Of a stretch of 64,000 bases of DNA, positions 36,671 through 45,594 are shown piece after piece. The first letter of the stretch is position 1. Each line of letters starts with the position of its first letter. The position numbers and the translations under genes are program-made. Source of the stretch: an uncultured Phycisphaeraceae bacterium (GTDB lineage Bacteria; Planctomycetota; Phycisphaerae; Phycisphaerales; UBA1924); the NCBI GenBank assembly GCA_964460345.1, contig CAYWRO010000011.1:1872-65871 (forward strand), given 5' to 3'. The notes beneath the pieces are model-generated. The model saw only the letters and a list, made by a program, of their open reading frames with translations. It was not told the origin of the DNA and ran no database searches.

Positions 36671-37468
36671 ATGAGAACTCAGAGTTTTGGTGTCGGCTGC
36701 GCGTGCCTTGTTGCGTTGGCCGGGTCTGCGGGCGTCGCATTCGGCCAGATCGATGGCGCCGTGCTGCACACGCGCATTTTCAATGACTTTCCAGGGTCGA
36801 CGCTGACCACCGTCAACAACTACCCGGCGACGGTCGAGTTCATGGACGGGCCGATCGGCGGCCCGGCGGGCTGGGCGAACCTTCACAACTTCCACCTCTC
36901 CGAAGACGGCGGTGTGAGTGATGCGCTGTTCGCCAACGGTGATGCGTTCAGCATCCAGGCCGATGTGACGCTGCTGGGTAACGGGACGGCCGAGGCCGGC
37001 CTGCAGGTCGCGCCGTGGTGGTCGCCCAACGTGGACGGCCGCTTCAACATCCGCAACACGGACGGCGAAGTGGCAGTCTTCGGGGGTCGTCTGCCGTTTT
37101 ACAGCTTCACCACCTCGCATGGCGTGACGTACACCCCGGGCACGACCATCACCCAGAAGATCATTTACAGCCCGAACAGCCTCACCGAGATGGACCCGGC
37201 GACGATCGAGTACATCTACACCGACTCGAGCGGCACGTATTCGAGTGGTCCGTTGGCCTTCGACATGGGCAACCCGGCCGAGCCGTACGGGCTGTGGGGG
37301 ATGCTGGATGACGCCCGCATCGGTGGGTACGTGCAGGTCTTCAATGGCCTGGGCGGCGCCGAGCACACGAGCGGCGCTCGGTTTGAGAACATCGTGTTCG
37401 TCCCCGCGCCCGCCGCGGCGGGCCTGGGCCTTGGTCTCGGGCTGCTGGGTCTTCGCCGCCGGCGCTGA
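36671..37468 (+). CDS. Secreted hypothetical protein with PEP-CTERM-like sorting tail
   Basis: Signal peptide ..LAGSAGVAFGQ and C-terminus VPAPAAAGLGLGLGLLGLRRRR (P-x-P, hydrophobic helix, Arg cluster). Confidence 0.7.
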   Translation: MRTQSFGVGCACLVALAGSAGVAFGQIDGAVLHTRIFNDFPGSTLTTVNNYPATVEFMDGPIGGPAGWANLHNFHLSEDGGVSDALFANGDAFSIQADVTLLGNGTAEAGLQVAPWWSPNVDGRFNIRNTDGEVAVFGGRLPFYSFTTSHGVTYTPGTTITQKIIYSPNSLTEMDPATIEYIYTDSSGTYSSGPLAFDMGNPAEPYGLWGMLDDARIGGYVQVFNGLGGAEHTSGARFENIVFVPAPAAAGLGLGLGLLGLRRRR

Positions 37469-37574
37469 TTGAACTGGCCTGAATGGCTGTTTGCTCTGTT
37501 CGGGGACGGGCATCCGCCCGTCCCCGTTCTCTTTCCCCTTATCAGGGGTGTGTTGATCTGGCGCGCGCTTCGGG

Positions 37575-37603
37575 TTGACAGAACGCCGGACACCCCCCAT
37601 ACT
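37575..37603 (+). promoter_or_regulatory. Candidate sigma70-type promoter for the GH94 operon
   Basis: TTGACA (37575-37580), 17-nt spacer, CATACT (37598-37603). Confidence 0.4.
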
Positions 37604-37607
37604 GCTG

Positions 37608-37623
37608 ATGTAAGCGATTACAT
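37608..37623. promoter_or_regulatory. LacI-type operator candidate O2
   Basis: ATGTAAGCGATTACAT lies directly downstream of the putative -10 and is identical to the site at 44732-44747. Confidence 0.65.
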
Positions 37624-37635
37624 TGAGCCTTCTCC

Positions 37636-40149
37636 ATGCCCCACAGCACACCACGAGCCCAGCCGCCCGGACACTTCACCGACGATGGTCGACGCTTTGC
37701 GATCGCCCGGCCCGACACGCCGACGCCGTGGGTGAACGTCATCTCCAACGGGCGCGACGAGGACGGTTATGGACTCGTCGTCAGTCAGGCTGGCGGCGGG
37801 TTCTCGTGGATGGGCAACAGCCAACTCAACGTGCTGACGCGCTGGGAGATGGACCTGGTGCAGGACCGCCACGGCAAGTTCCTGTACCTGTGCGACCTTG
37901 ACGCTGACACGACCCGGCCTGGAAGGCCGGCCTACCCCGAGGTGTGGTCGCTCGCCCCGGCGCCGTGCCGCCCCGCGTACGACTCGTACCGGTGCGAACA
38001 CGGTCCGGGCGCGAGCGTGTTCACGACCGAGTGCCGCGGCATCCGGGCGCGCTGGACGCTGACGGTCAGCCCCTCTGATCCGGTCGAGATCTGGGCGGTC
38101 GAGCTTGAGAACGTCTCCGGGCGCGACCGCCGGCTGCGCATCGCTTCGTATTTGGAGTGGTGCTGCGGAGTTGCGCCGGATTCCAAGCGCGAGTTTCACC
38201 GCCTGTTCATCACGACGAAGCATGATGCGCAGCGCCGGGCGATTTTGGCGACGAAGAACATGTGGGACGTTCCGCCCCGGCACGAAGGGGAGCACTGGAA
38301 TCGCCCCTGGCCGTATGTTGCCGCGCACGCGGTGAACCTTGAAGCCGGCAGGGCGTTTGAGCGTGAGATTGCGATCGGCGACAAGACGCTCTTCATCGGG
38401 CGCAACGGGGACACCCACGCGCCGGCTGCGCTGGCTGCGCCGCCGGAGGCGGGGGCCGGCATCGGCCGGTTCGCGGACGGCATCGCGTCCCTTGGGGGGG
38501 ACTTCACGCTTGAAGCCGGGGAAACGATCCGCCTCTCCTACCTCCTGGTGTGCGCGGAGGATGAGCAGCGCGTTCTGAGTCTGCTGGACCGCTACGCGAA
38601 TCTGCGCATCGTGGACGAAGCGATTGAAGCGGCGGAAACCGCGTGGGAAGACCGGCTCAGCACGACGCGCATCAACACGGAGCGGGCGGACTTCGACCTG
38701 CTCAACCACACGTGGCTGCCGTACCAGGCGATCAGCGGACGGATGTGGGGTCGCACCGGGTACTACCAGCAGTCCGGCGCGTTCGGCTTCCGCGATCAGC
38801 TTCAGGACAGCCAGGTGTGGCTCCCGATTGATCCGCAGCGCACGGCCGAACAGATCCTGCTGCATGCCGCGCACCAGTTTGCTGACGGAAGCGTCTATCA
38901 CTGGTGGCACCCGTTGACCGAGAGCGGGCTGCGCACTGCGTGCAGCGACGACTATCTCTGGCTTCCCTTCATCACGGCTTCCTACATCCGCGAGACAGGC
39001 GACGCATCGATCCTTGAGCAAGTGGCGCCGTTTGTGGATGACAAACGTCCGGCGACACTGCTTGAACACTGCAAGCGCAGCGTCGCACGCGCGTTCTCGC
39101 GCATGTCGCCGCGCGGGTTGCCGTTGATCGGATCCTGCGACTGGAACGATGGGCTCTCGGCGATGGGGATCGAGGGCCGCGGCGAATCGGTGTGGCTTGC
39201 ATTCTTCCTGGCGGAGCTGTTGCAGCAGTTCACGCATGCGCTGCGGCTGATCGACGACGACGTGACGGCCCACGACTGGCTCGCCGGGCGCGACAGGCTC
39301 GTTCGCGCCGTGAACCAGCACGCGTGGGACGGCGCCTGGTTCCGGCGCGCGACCAACGACGATGGGGAGTGGATCGGCTCATCGCGGAATAATGCGGGGC
39401 GCATCTACCTGAACCCGCAGACCTGGGCCATTCTTACCCGCGGCAGCACCGCCGAACGTCTCACTACGGCGTGGGAGAGCGTGAAGGAACACCTGGTCCG
39501 CGACATGGGGCCGCTGCTGCTCGCCCCCGCGTATTCGGTGCCGGACCCGTCAATCGGCTACATCACGCGCTACACGCCGGGCTCGCGCGAGAACGGGGGC
39601 GTGTACATGCACGCCGCAACATGGGCGCTCGCCGCGGCGTGCGCCATGCAGGACCGCGAGACAGTCGGGCGGATCTGGGAGTCCATCTCGCCGCCGGCGC
39701 GCTCGGCGCGTGATCCGGAGCTCTATGCGGCGGAGCCGTACGTGACGCCCGGGAACGTGGACGGCCCGGATTCGGCCACGCCCGGCCGGGCCGGTTGGAC
39801 GTGGTACACGGGGTCCGCGGCGTGGCTGAACCGGGTGTCGCTCGAAGGCATTCTGGGGATCCGGCCCACCTGGGAGGGGCTGAGCATCCGGCCGTGCGTG
39901 CCGGCGTCGTTCGGCAAGGTGGAGGCCAGGCGCCGCTGGCGGGGCGTGGATGTCGTGGTGCGGTTTGACGCTGCGGCGTGGTCGAGCGTGGAGCCGCGAC
40001 TGACGGTCAACGGAGCTCCGATCGCCGGGTGCACGCTGCGGGCGGAGGATATCGTGGGTCTGAAGGAAGTCGTCGTCGATCTTGACTGGGGCGTGCAGAC
40101 GCGGCCGGTTCTCGGCCAGGTCGGCGCCCCCGGGAGGGCCACTCCATGA
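37636..40149 (+). CDS. GH94-family glycoside phosphorylase (cellobiose/beta-glucan-oligosaccharide phosphorylase type)
   Basis: 837 aa. [48 protein letters not shown] and WYTGSAAW align with the cellobiose-phosphorylase sequence I recall. Confidence 0.88.
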   Translation: MPHSTPRAQPPGHFTDDGRRFAIARPDTPTPWVNVISNGRDEDGYGLVVSQAGGGFSWMGNSQLNVLTRWEMDLVQDRHGKFLYLCDLDADTTRPGRPAYPEVWSLAPAPCRPAYDSYRCEHGPGASVFTTECRGIRARWTLTVSPSDPVEIWAVELENVSGRDRRLRIASYLEWCCGVAPDSKREFHRLFITTKHDAQRRAILATKNMWDVPPRHEGEHWNRPWPYVAAHAVNLEAGRAFEREIAIGDKTLFIGRNGDTHAPAALAAPPEAGAGIGRFADGIASLGGDFTLEAGETIRLSYLLVCAEDEQRVLSLLDRYANLRIVDEAIEAAETAWEDRLSTTRINTERADFDLLNHTWLPYQAISGRMWGRTGYYQQSGAFGFRDQLQDSQVWLPIDPQRTAEQILLHAAHQFADGSVYHWWHPLTESGLRTACSDDYLWLPFITASYIRETGDASILEQVAPFVDDKRPATLLEHCKRSVARAFSRMSPRGLPLIGSCDWNDGLSAMGIEGRGESVWLAFFLAELLQQFTHALRLIDDDVTAHDWLAGRDRLVRAVNQHAWDGAWFRRATNDDGEWIGSSRNNAGRIYLNPQTWAILTRGSTAERLTTAWESVKEHLVRDMGPLLLAPAYSVPDPSIGYITRYTPGSRENGGVYMHAATWALAAACAMQDRETVGRIWESISPPARSARDPELYAAEPYVTPGNVDGPDSATPGRAGWTWYTGSAAWLNRVSLEGILGIRPTWEGLSIRPCVPASFGKVEARRRWRGVDVVVRFDAAAWSSVEPRLTVNGAPIAGCTLRAEDIVGLKEVVVDLDWGVQTRPVLGQVGAPGRATP

Positions 40150-40952
40150 GCGCCCAGACAGAACATCGGGTGGCACGGGCAACGCTTCTTGCCTGTGCGC
40201 GGCAGTCGAGACAGCAGGCGCAGCGCACCTGCGGCGCTTTCACGCTGATCGAACTGCTGGTCGTGATCGCGATCATCGCGCTGCTCATCTCGATCCTGCT
40301 GCCCGCGCTGGAGGGGGCGCGCCGCAGCGCGTGGGATGTTCTGTGCCAGAACAACCTGCGCCAGATTGGGATTGCGATGCAGGTGTACATGGATGAGCAG
40401 GACGATCCTCGCTATCCGGACCTGTACCCGCGTCATCCCAACGCGCGCGATCAATGGAACATCATTCCAACGCTGGAAGAGTACCTCGGTGCTGATCCGA
40501 GCATTCTCAACCGCGGTCTGGCGACGGAGGAGTTCGTCGGCGCAGCGCCCAACAAGATTTTTGCCTGTCCGGCCGCACGGGGCGAAGCGAGCGTGACGGA
40601 CCCATACACGCGCGCCTTCCTGGAGAGCGGCGGGCGCATCTTCGTCTGGGACTATGACCGGGACGGCAAGGACGATTACATTACTGAATACTGGTTCAAT
40701 GACTCGCCGATCCAGAGCCAGGGCAATGTTCGGAGCGGCGTCTCCAACCAGTTCATCCGCGCCATGAAGCGGCCTGAGAATGTCGTTTGGGCAACGGACG
40801 CGTACGACGAGGTTCCGCGGCACGATGGCGAGAACTTCTTCCTGTTCGGCGACCAGCGCATCGAGCGGCTGACGCGCGCTGAGTATTACGGACCGGACCA
40901 GTATGGCGCTCCCCAGCCGTTCTACAACTGGGGTCACTACTACCCGAACTAG
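40146..40952 (+). CDS. Prepilin-type N-terminal cleavage/methylation domain protein (pseudopilin-like, H-X9-D C-terminal motif)
   Basis: [26 protein letters not shown] plus the C-terminal [18 protein letters not shown] overlap with the GH94 stop. Confidence 0.85.
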   Translation: MSAQTEHRVARATLLACARQSRQQAQRTCGAFTLIELLVVIAIIALLISILLPALEGARRSAWDVLCQNNLRQIGIAMQVYMDEQDDPRYPDLYPRHPNARDQWNIIPTLEEYLGADPSILNRGLATEEFVGAAPNKIFACPAARGEASVTDPYTRAFLESGGRIFVWDYDRDGKDDYITEYWFNDSPIQSQGNVRSGVSNQFIRAMKRPENVVWATDAYDEVPRHDGENFFLFGDQRIERLTRAEYYGPDQYGAPQPFYNWGHYYPN

Positions 40953-40961
40953 GACCGAGCC

Positions 40962-41339
40962 ATGCAAGCACTCCGCGAGATCGCCCGCGAGAAGCCGTGT
41001 GTGCTGTGGGCGGCCATCGGCGCCCTGGTCCTGGCGGCGGTCCTGGTGCTCGTGCGCTTCACCGCCGGCGGGCATGCTCCCGACAGCATCGAGGCGCTCA
41101 GCCAGGAGGTGACGATCCGCTGCAGCGAGACCGGCAAGGAGTGGACCGTGCAGCGCGGCCGGATGGAGCGCGACCTGCTTCTACGCGGCGTGCCGATCGA
41201 TCCCTCGGTGGGCCTTCCAAACCCGGATACGGGTCGCCCAACCGGCTTTCCCGCCGATCGCGACATGTGGGAGCGGACGATCAAGCGCCTGAACAACGAA
41301 GCCGCTGAGGCTGGGGCATTGAAGAGGCGCGGGTCGTGA
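40962..41339 (+). CDS. Hypothetical membrane-anchored protein
   Basis: Single N-terminal TM (VLWAAIGALVLAAVLVLV). No recognised domain. Sits in operon position between the pseudopilin and the ABC binding protein. Confidence 0.5.
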   Translation: MQALREIAREKPCVLWAAIGALVLAAVLVLVRFTAGGHAPDSIEALSQEVTIRCSETGKEWTVQRGRMERDLLLRGVPIDPSVGLPNPDTGRPTGFPADRDMWERTIKRLNNEAAEAGALKRRGS

Positions 41340-41355
41340 CCAACACTGTTCTGCC

Positions 41356-42885
41356 ATGCGCAGCGATCTCAAGCCGCTGACCGTCACCCGCCGCGCCGCC
41401 ATCGGCGCGCTCGGGGCGGCGGCGCTCGGCTTTGCGGCGTTCGGCCCGCGTCCGCGGCGTGAGCGCGTGGATGGGCGCATCGTGCTCGACTACTGGGAGA
41501 AGTGGACCGGCCACGAGGGCGCGGCGATGCGCGCGATCGTGGATGAGTTCAACGAGTCGCAGTCAGATTGCTACGTCCGCTATTTCGCGATGAGCGCGAT
41601 TGATCAGAAGGCGCTCATCGCCATCGCGGGCAACTCCCCGCCGGACATCCTCGGCCTGTGGAACTTCAACATCCCGGCGTACGCCGAATCCGGCGCCCTC
41701 ATGCCGCTGACGGAAATGGCCGCCGCGGCGGGGCTGACGCGCCAGCGGTACGCGGCGGGGGTGTGGCCGCTCATCACGCATCAGGATCAGCTCTGGGGGC
41801 TGGTGAGCACGTGCGGCAGCATCGCCCTCTTCTACAACCGCGCGTTGTTCCGTGAGGTCGGACTCGACCCTGACCGCCCGCCGCGGACGATTGAGGAACT
41901 GGACGAGTACAACCGGCGGCTGACGGTTGTGGAGGGCGGCGGTGGGGCGGGGAGTGGGGGTGGCGGCGTCAAGGGCGGGCGGATCGCGCGCATGGGCTTC
42001 ATCCACACGGAGCCGGGGTGGTGGAGCTGGCTGTGGGGGTACTTCTTTGGAGGCACGCTCTACGAACCGTGGCGCCGGCCTCTGGCCGGTGAGGAACTGT
42101 GGCACCGGCCTCTGGCCGGTGAAGGAGAGAACCAAAGCAACCGAGCCGGTGAGCCTCTAGAGGCGGACGTCACCGGCCAGAGGCCGGTGCCACGGGGCGG
42201 GCGCGCCACCGCGGCGAGCGCCGCGAATGTACGCGGGTACGAGTGGGTGCAGACGTGGCCGGAGCGGTTCGGTGTCGAGGCGCTGCAGACCTTTCAGAGC
42301 GGGCTCGGCTTTTACGGCAGCGCTGAGCATCCGTTCCTGACCGGGCGCGTGGCGATGACGAACCAGGGGCCATGGCTGGCGAACAACATCGTGGCGTTCA
42401 AGCCGGATCTGGACTACGCCGCAGCGCCGTTTCCGGTGGCAAGCGAGTTGTATGACCCCCAGCAACCGATTGGGCTGCTGGATGCCGATGTGCTCGTGAT
42501 CCCGCGCGGAGCTCGGCGCCCGGAGCTGTCGTTCCGGTTTATCGAGTATTGCCAGCAGCAGGGTGTGATGGAGCGGCTTGCGCGGGCGCACTGCAAAAAC
42601 TCACCGCTGGCCGTGTCTTCGTCGGCGTTTCTCGAGGACCATCCGCACCGTTCCATTCGCGCGCACGACGCCATCGCCAACAGCCCGCGCGCGTTCGTCT
42701 TTCCGCGCACGCGCACGTGGCCGCAGTATGAGGCGGACTTCAACGCGGGGATGCAGCGCATGTGGACACTGGCGGCCGATGCAGCCACGACACTGAAAAG
42801 GATCGAGCGCCGCGCCCAGGCGGCGATCGATCATGCCGCCCGGCAGCGCGAGCGCCGGGCGCGCCTGAAGGAACAGTCCTCGTGA
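41356..42885 (+). CDS. Carbohydrate ABC transporter substrate-binding protein (family 1) carrying an in-frame repeat insertion
   Basis: Tat-like leader TRRAAIGALGAAALG and typical SBP_bac_1 segments (LDYWEKW, PPDILGLWNF). Followed by two MalF/G-type permeases. Confidence 0.85.
   Translation: MRSDLKPLTVTRRAAIGALGAAALGFAAFGPRPRRERVDGRIVLDYWEKWTGHEGAAMRAIVDEFNESQSDCYVRYFAMSAIDQKALIAIAGNSPPDILGLWNFNIPAYAESGALMPLTEMAAAAGLTRQRYAAGVWPLITHQDQLWGLVSTCGSIALFYNRALFREVGLDPDRPPRTIEELDEYNRRLTVVEGGGGAGSGGGGVKGGRIARMGFIHTEPGWWSWLWGYFFGGTLYEPWRRPLAGEELWHRPLAGEGENQSNRAGEPLEADVTGQRPVPRGGRATAASAANVRGYEWVQTWPERFGVEALQTFQSGLGFYGSAEHPFLTGRVAMTNQGPWLANNIVAFKPDLDYAAAPFPVASELYDPQQPIGLLDADVLVIPRGARRPELSFRFIEYCQQQGVMERLARAHCKNSPLAVSSSAFLEDHPHRSIRAHDAIANSPRAFVFPRTRTWPQYEADFNAGMQRMWTLAADAATTLKRIERRAQAAIDHAARQRERRARLKEQSS
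42069..42193. repeat. Palindromic (REP/RPE-like) element: two direct and one inverted copy of a 24-nt self-hairpin unit
   Basis: GTGGCgCCGGCCTCTGGCCGGTGA at 42069-42092, GTGGCACCGGCCTCTGGCCGGTGA at 42099-42122, and its exact reverse complement at 42170-42193. A central 12-bp palindrome GCCTCTAGAGGC lies between them. Confidence 0.85.
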
Positions 42886-43820
42886 CGGTGCGCCCTCTCC
42901 ATGACGCGGCGGAGACCGCGCCGGCCGCTGCGCCCCGCCGATCGGCCCGGCGCGTGCCGCAGACGCTGGTGGGGCTTGCCTGGGTCAGCCCGTGGATCAT
43001 CGGCTTCGGCGTCTTCTTTGCGTTCCCGATCGCGCTGAGCTTCTACTACTCACTCACAGATTACCCGCTACTCGAGCCGCCGCTGTTCGTCGGCGTCGAC
43101 AACTATCGCAACCTGCTGACCGATGACCTCTTCGGCATCGCCATCCGCAACACGCTGGTGTATGCGCTGATCGCGATCCCCGCCGGAACCGTGATTGCAC
43201 TGGTCGTGGCCGGGTTGCTCAACCAGCGCGTCCGCGGCGTGGGGCTCTTCCGCACGGCTGTTTTCGTGCCGACGCTCGTGCCGATCGTGGCGTCGGCCAT
43301 GATCTGGCTGTGGCTCTTCAACGGCGAATACGGCCTGATCAACAGGGGGCTTGCCGCCGTCGGTGTGCAGGGGCCGAACTGGCTGCAGGACCGCTTCTGG
43401 GCCATGGCGGCGATCATCATCATGAGCCTGTGGATCATCGGCCAGCCCGTCGTGATCTACCTGGCGGCGCTGCAGGATGTGCCGCGGTCGTTGTATGAAG
43501 CGGCCGCGCTGGACGGCATGGGGCCACTGCGCCGGTTTTGGCACATCGCCCTGCCGGCGATCTCGCCAATCATCCTGTTCAACGTGATCATCCTCACCAT
43601 CGATGCGTGGCAGGTCTTCGCCGTGCCGTACATCATGACGGAGGGCGGGCCGGACCGGGCGACGTACTTCTACTCGCACTATCTGTATGACACGGCGTTT
43701 CGCGACCAGCAGATGGGGTACGCCAGCGCGCTGGCGTGGGTGCAGTTCATCATCATCCTGGCGTTGACGGGGCTGATGTTTCTCGTCAGCCGTCGCCTCG
43801 TGCAGCGGGGGTTTGCATGA
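42882..43820 (+). CDS. Carbohydrate ABC transporter permease (MalF/UgpA-like)
   Basis: EAA loop YEAAALDGMGPLRRFWHIALP and six TM-like segments. The GTG at 42882 overlaps the SBP stop. Confidence 0.88.
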   Translation: MTVRPLHDAAETAPAAAPRRSARRVPQTLVGLAWVSPWIIGFGVFFAFPIALSFYYSLTDYPLLEPPLFVGVDNYRNLLTDDLFGIAIRNTLVYALIAIPAGTVIALVVAGLLNQRVRGVGLFRTAVFVPTLVPIVASAMIWLWLFNGEYGLINRGLAAVGVQGPNWLQDRFWAMAAIIIMSLWIIGQPVVIYLAALQDVPRSLYEAAALDGMGPLRRFWHIALPAISPIILFNVIILTIDAWQVFAVPYIMTEGGPDRATYFYSHYLYDTAFRDQQMGYASALAWVQFIIILALTGLMFLVSRRLVQRGFA

Positions 43821-44671
43821 GGTTCCGTCCGCTTCACCGCACGCTCGTCTGGCTTCTCCTGGCCATCGTCGCGCTGGTCTACGCCGCGCCGCTGCTCTGG
43901 ATGCTTGCCACGTCGGCCAAGCCTGCCGACCAGGCGATGCAGCGCGACATCACGCTGCTGGCCGACCCGCCGGGCGAGACGGTCTCCATCGCGGCGGAGA
44001 ACTACGCCGCCGTCTGGAACGATCCGGTCGTCGACTTTCCGCTTTACTTCCGCAACACGCTTGTCGTTGCGCTGCTCGCGGTGACCGGGGTGGTGCTCTC
44101 CAGTGCGATCGTGGCGTACGGCTTCGCCCGCATCCGCTGGCGCGGCCGCGGCGCGTTCTTCGCCGTCACGCTCGCGACGATGATGATCCCCTTCCCCGTG
44201 CTGATGGGGCCGTTGTACGTGATGTACTCCGAACTCGGGTGGGTGGGAACGTTCAAGCCGCTGTGGGTGCAGTTCTGGTTTGGGAATGCCTTCAGCATCT
44301 TCCTGCTGCGGCAGTTCTTCCTGGGGATTCCGCGCGAGTTGGATGAGGCGGCGCGGCTCGATGGGTGCGGACACTGGGGAATCTTCTGGCGGATTGTCCT
44401 GCCGCTCTCCAGGCCCGCGCTGGCCGTCGTGGCCCTGCTGCACTTCACGTACATGTGGAAGGACTTTCTGGCCCCGCTCATCTTCCTGACGCATCGCGAT
44501 CAGTTCACGCTGGCTCTCGGGCTGCACCTTTACCAGAGCCAGGCCGGCAACACGCCGTGGAACCTGCTCATGGCGGCCAGCACGATGGTGGTCGCCCCGG
44601 TGCTGCTCCTGTTCTTCCTGACGCAGCGAACGTTCGTGCAGGGGATGGCGATGGAGGGACTGAAGGGGTAG
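43817..44671 (+). CDS. Carbohydrate ABC transporter permease (MalG/UgpE-like)
   Basis: EAA loop DEAARLDGCGHWGIFWRIVLP. ATGA overlap with the upstream permease. Confidence 0.9.
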   Translation: MRFRPLHRTLVWLLLAIVALVYAAPLLWMLATSAKPADQAMQRDITLLADPPGETVSIAAENYAAVWNDPVVDFPLYFRNTLVVALLAVTGVVLSSAIVAYGFARIRWRGRGAFFAVTLATMMIPFPVLMGPLYVMYSELGWVGTFKPLWVQFWFGNAFSIFLLRQFFLGIPRELDEAARLDGCGHWGIFWRIVLPLSRPALAVVALLHFTYMWKDFLAPLIFLTHRDQFTLALGLHLYQSQAGNTPWNLLMAASTMVVAPVLLLFFLTQRTFVQGMAMEGLKG

Positions 44672-44731
44672 CGGCCCCTTCGGGCCGCCGCCAAGGCGAT
44701 TTCGCTTGACGCGGCGGCAAAATCCATCACA

Positions 44732-44747
44732 ATGTAAGCGATTACAT
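44732..44747. promoter_or_regulatory. LacI-type operator candidate O3 with an adjacent promoter-like TTGACG-17-CACAAT
   Basis: ATGTAAGCGATTACAT is identical to O2. TTGACG lies at 44705-44710 and CACAAT at 44728-44733. Confidence 0.65.
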
Positions 44748-44837
44748 ATGGCCCCGGCCCCCGTGTCAGGTATGTTGGCCGGGCCCGCCGCCGCTCCCCC
44801 GCCGCGGCGACGACCCCAAACGGAAAAGGAGGCACTC

Positions 44838-45569
44838 ATGTTGACACGTCTGACGGCAGCCACCCTCGGTCTCGCGGCGCTGGCCACCCCGACTCTGGGC
44901 CAGAACCTCATCTACAACCCCAGTTTCGAGGAACTGAACGTCCTCGGCCCTGTCGGCTGGCGGGCGTTCAACTCCGCCCGGTACCGCACGACCACAGACG
45001 GCCTCACGCCGGCAGTGACCCCCCGTACGGGTGACGTCTGCATCGAGCTCGTCGGAGACGGGAGTACCGACTTCTCCGCCTTCACTACGGACGTCTTCAA
45101 CCCAATCGAGGCCGACTTCTACAACCCGGATCTGGAGGTCCCCAGCGGGGACGTCACCGTCACCGGCTGGTACATGATTCCCGCCGATCGTCCGCTGACG
45201 GACGCCGCGGGCATTAAGCTCGAGTTCCGGCGCGAGAACAGTTCAATCTGGCAGGCGATCGAGACGCGCACGATTACCGGTCACACGAACGGCGAGTGGG
45301 TGCAGTTCAGCGTGACCATCCCGGCCGGCGACCTCGACCCCTCCAACCAGGGCGGGGATCCGCCGACGCAGGTCAGCGTTCTGCCTCTGTTCTTTTCACC
45401 CGGCGGCGTCGAGACCGGCACGATCTTCTGGGACGATTTTGAACTGACGCAAGGCGAGCCGCCCTGCATTCTCGAAGGCGACTTGAACAACGACGATGTC
45501 GTCGACGTCTTCGACCTGCTCGCCTATCTCGACATCTGGTTTGATGAGAGCGCCAACGGCTGCCCGTAA
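44838..45569 (+). CDS. Secreted carbohydrate-binding-module-like protein with a single GC-type dockerin repeat
   Basis: AAAGGAGG RBS, signal ..LATPTLGQ, NLIYNPSFEE start typical of CBM4/9-like jelly rolls, and the tail [33 protein letters not shown]. Confidence 0.7.
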   Translation: MLTRLTAATLGLAALATPTLGQNLIYNPSFEELNVLGPVGWRAFNSARYRTTTDGLTPAVTPRTGDVCIELVGDGSTDFSAFTTDVFNPIEADFYNPDLEVPSGDVTVTGWYMIPADRPLTDAAGIKLEFRRENSSIWQAIETRTITGHTNGEWVQFSVTIPAGDLDPSNQGGDPPTQVSVLPLFFSPGGVETGTIFWDDFELTQGEPPCILEGDLNNDDVVDVFDLLAYLDIWFDESANGCP

Positions 45570-45594
45570 GCGGCAGCAGCTATTGTCGAAGTCG

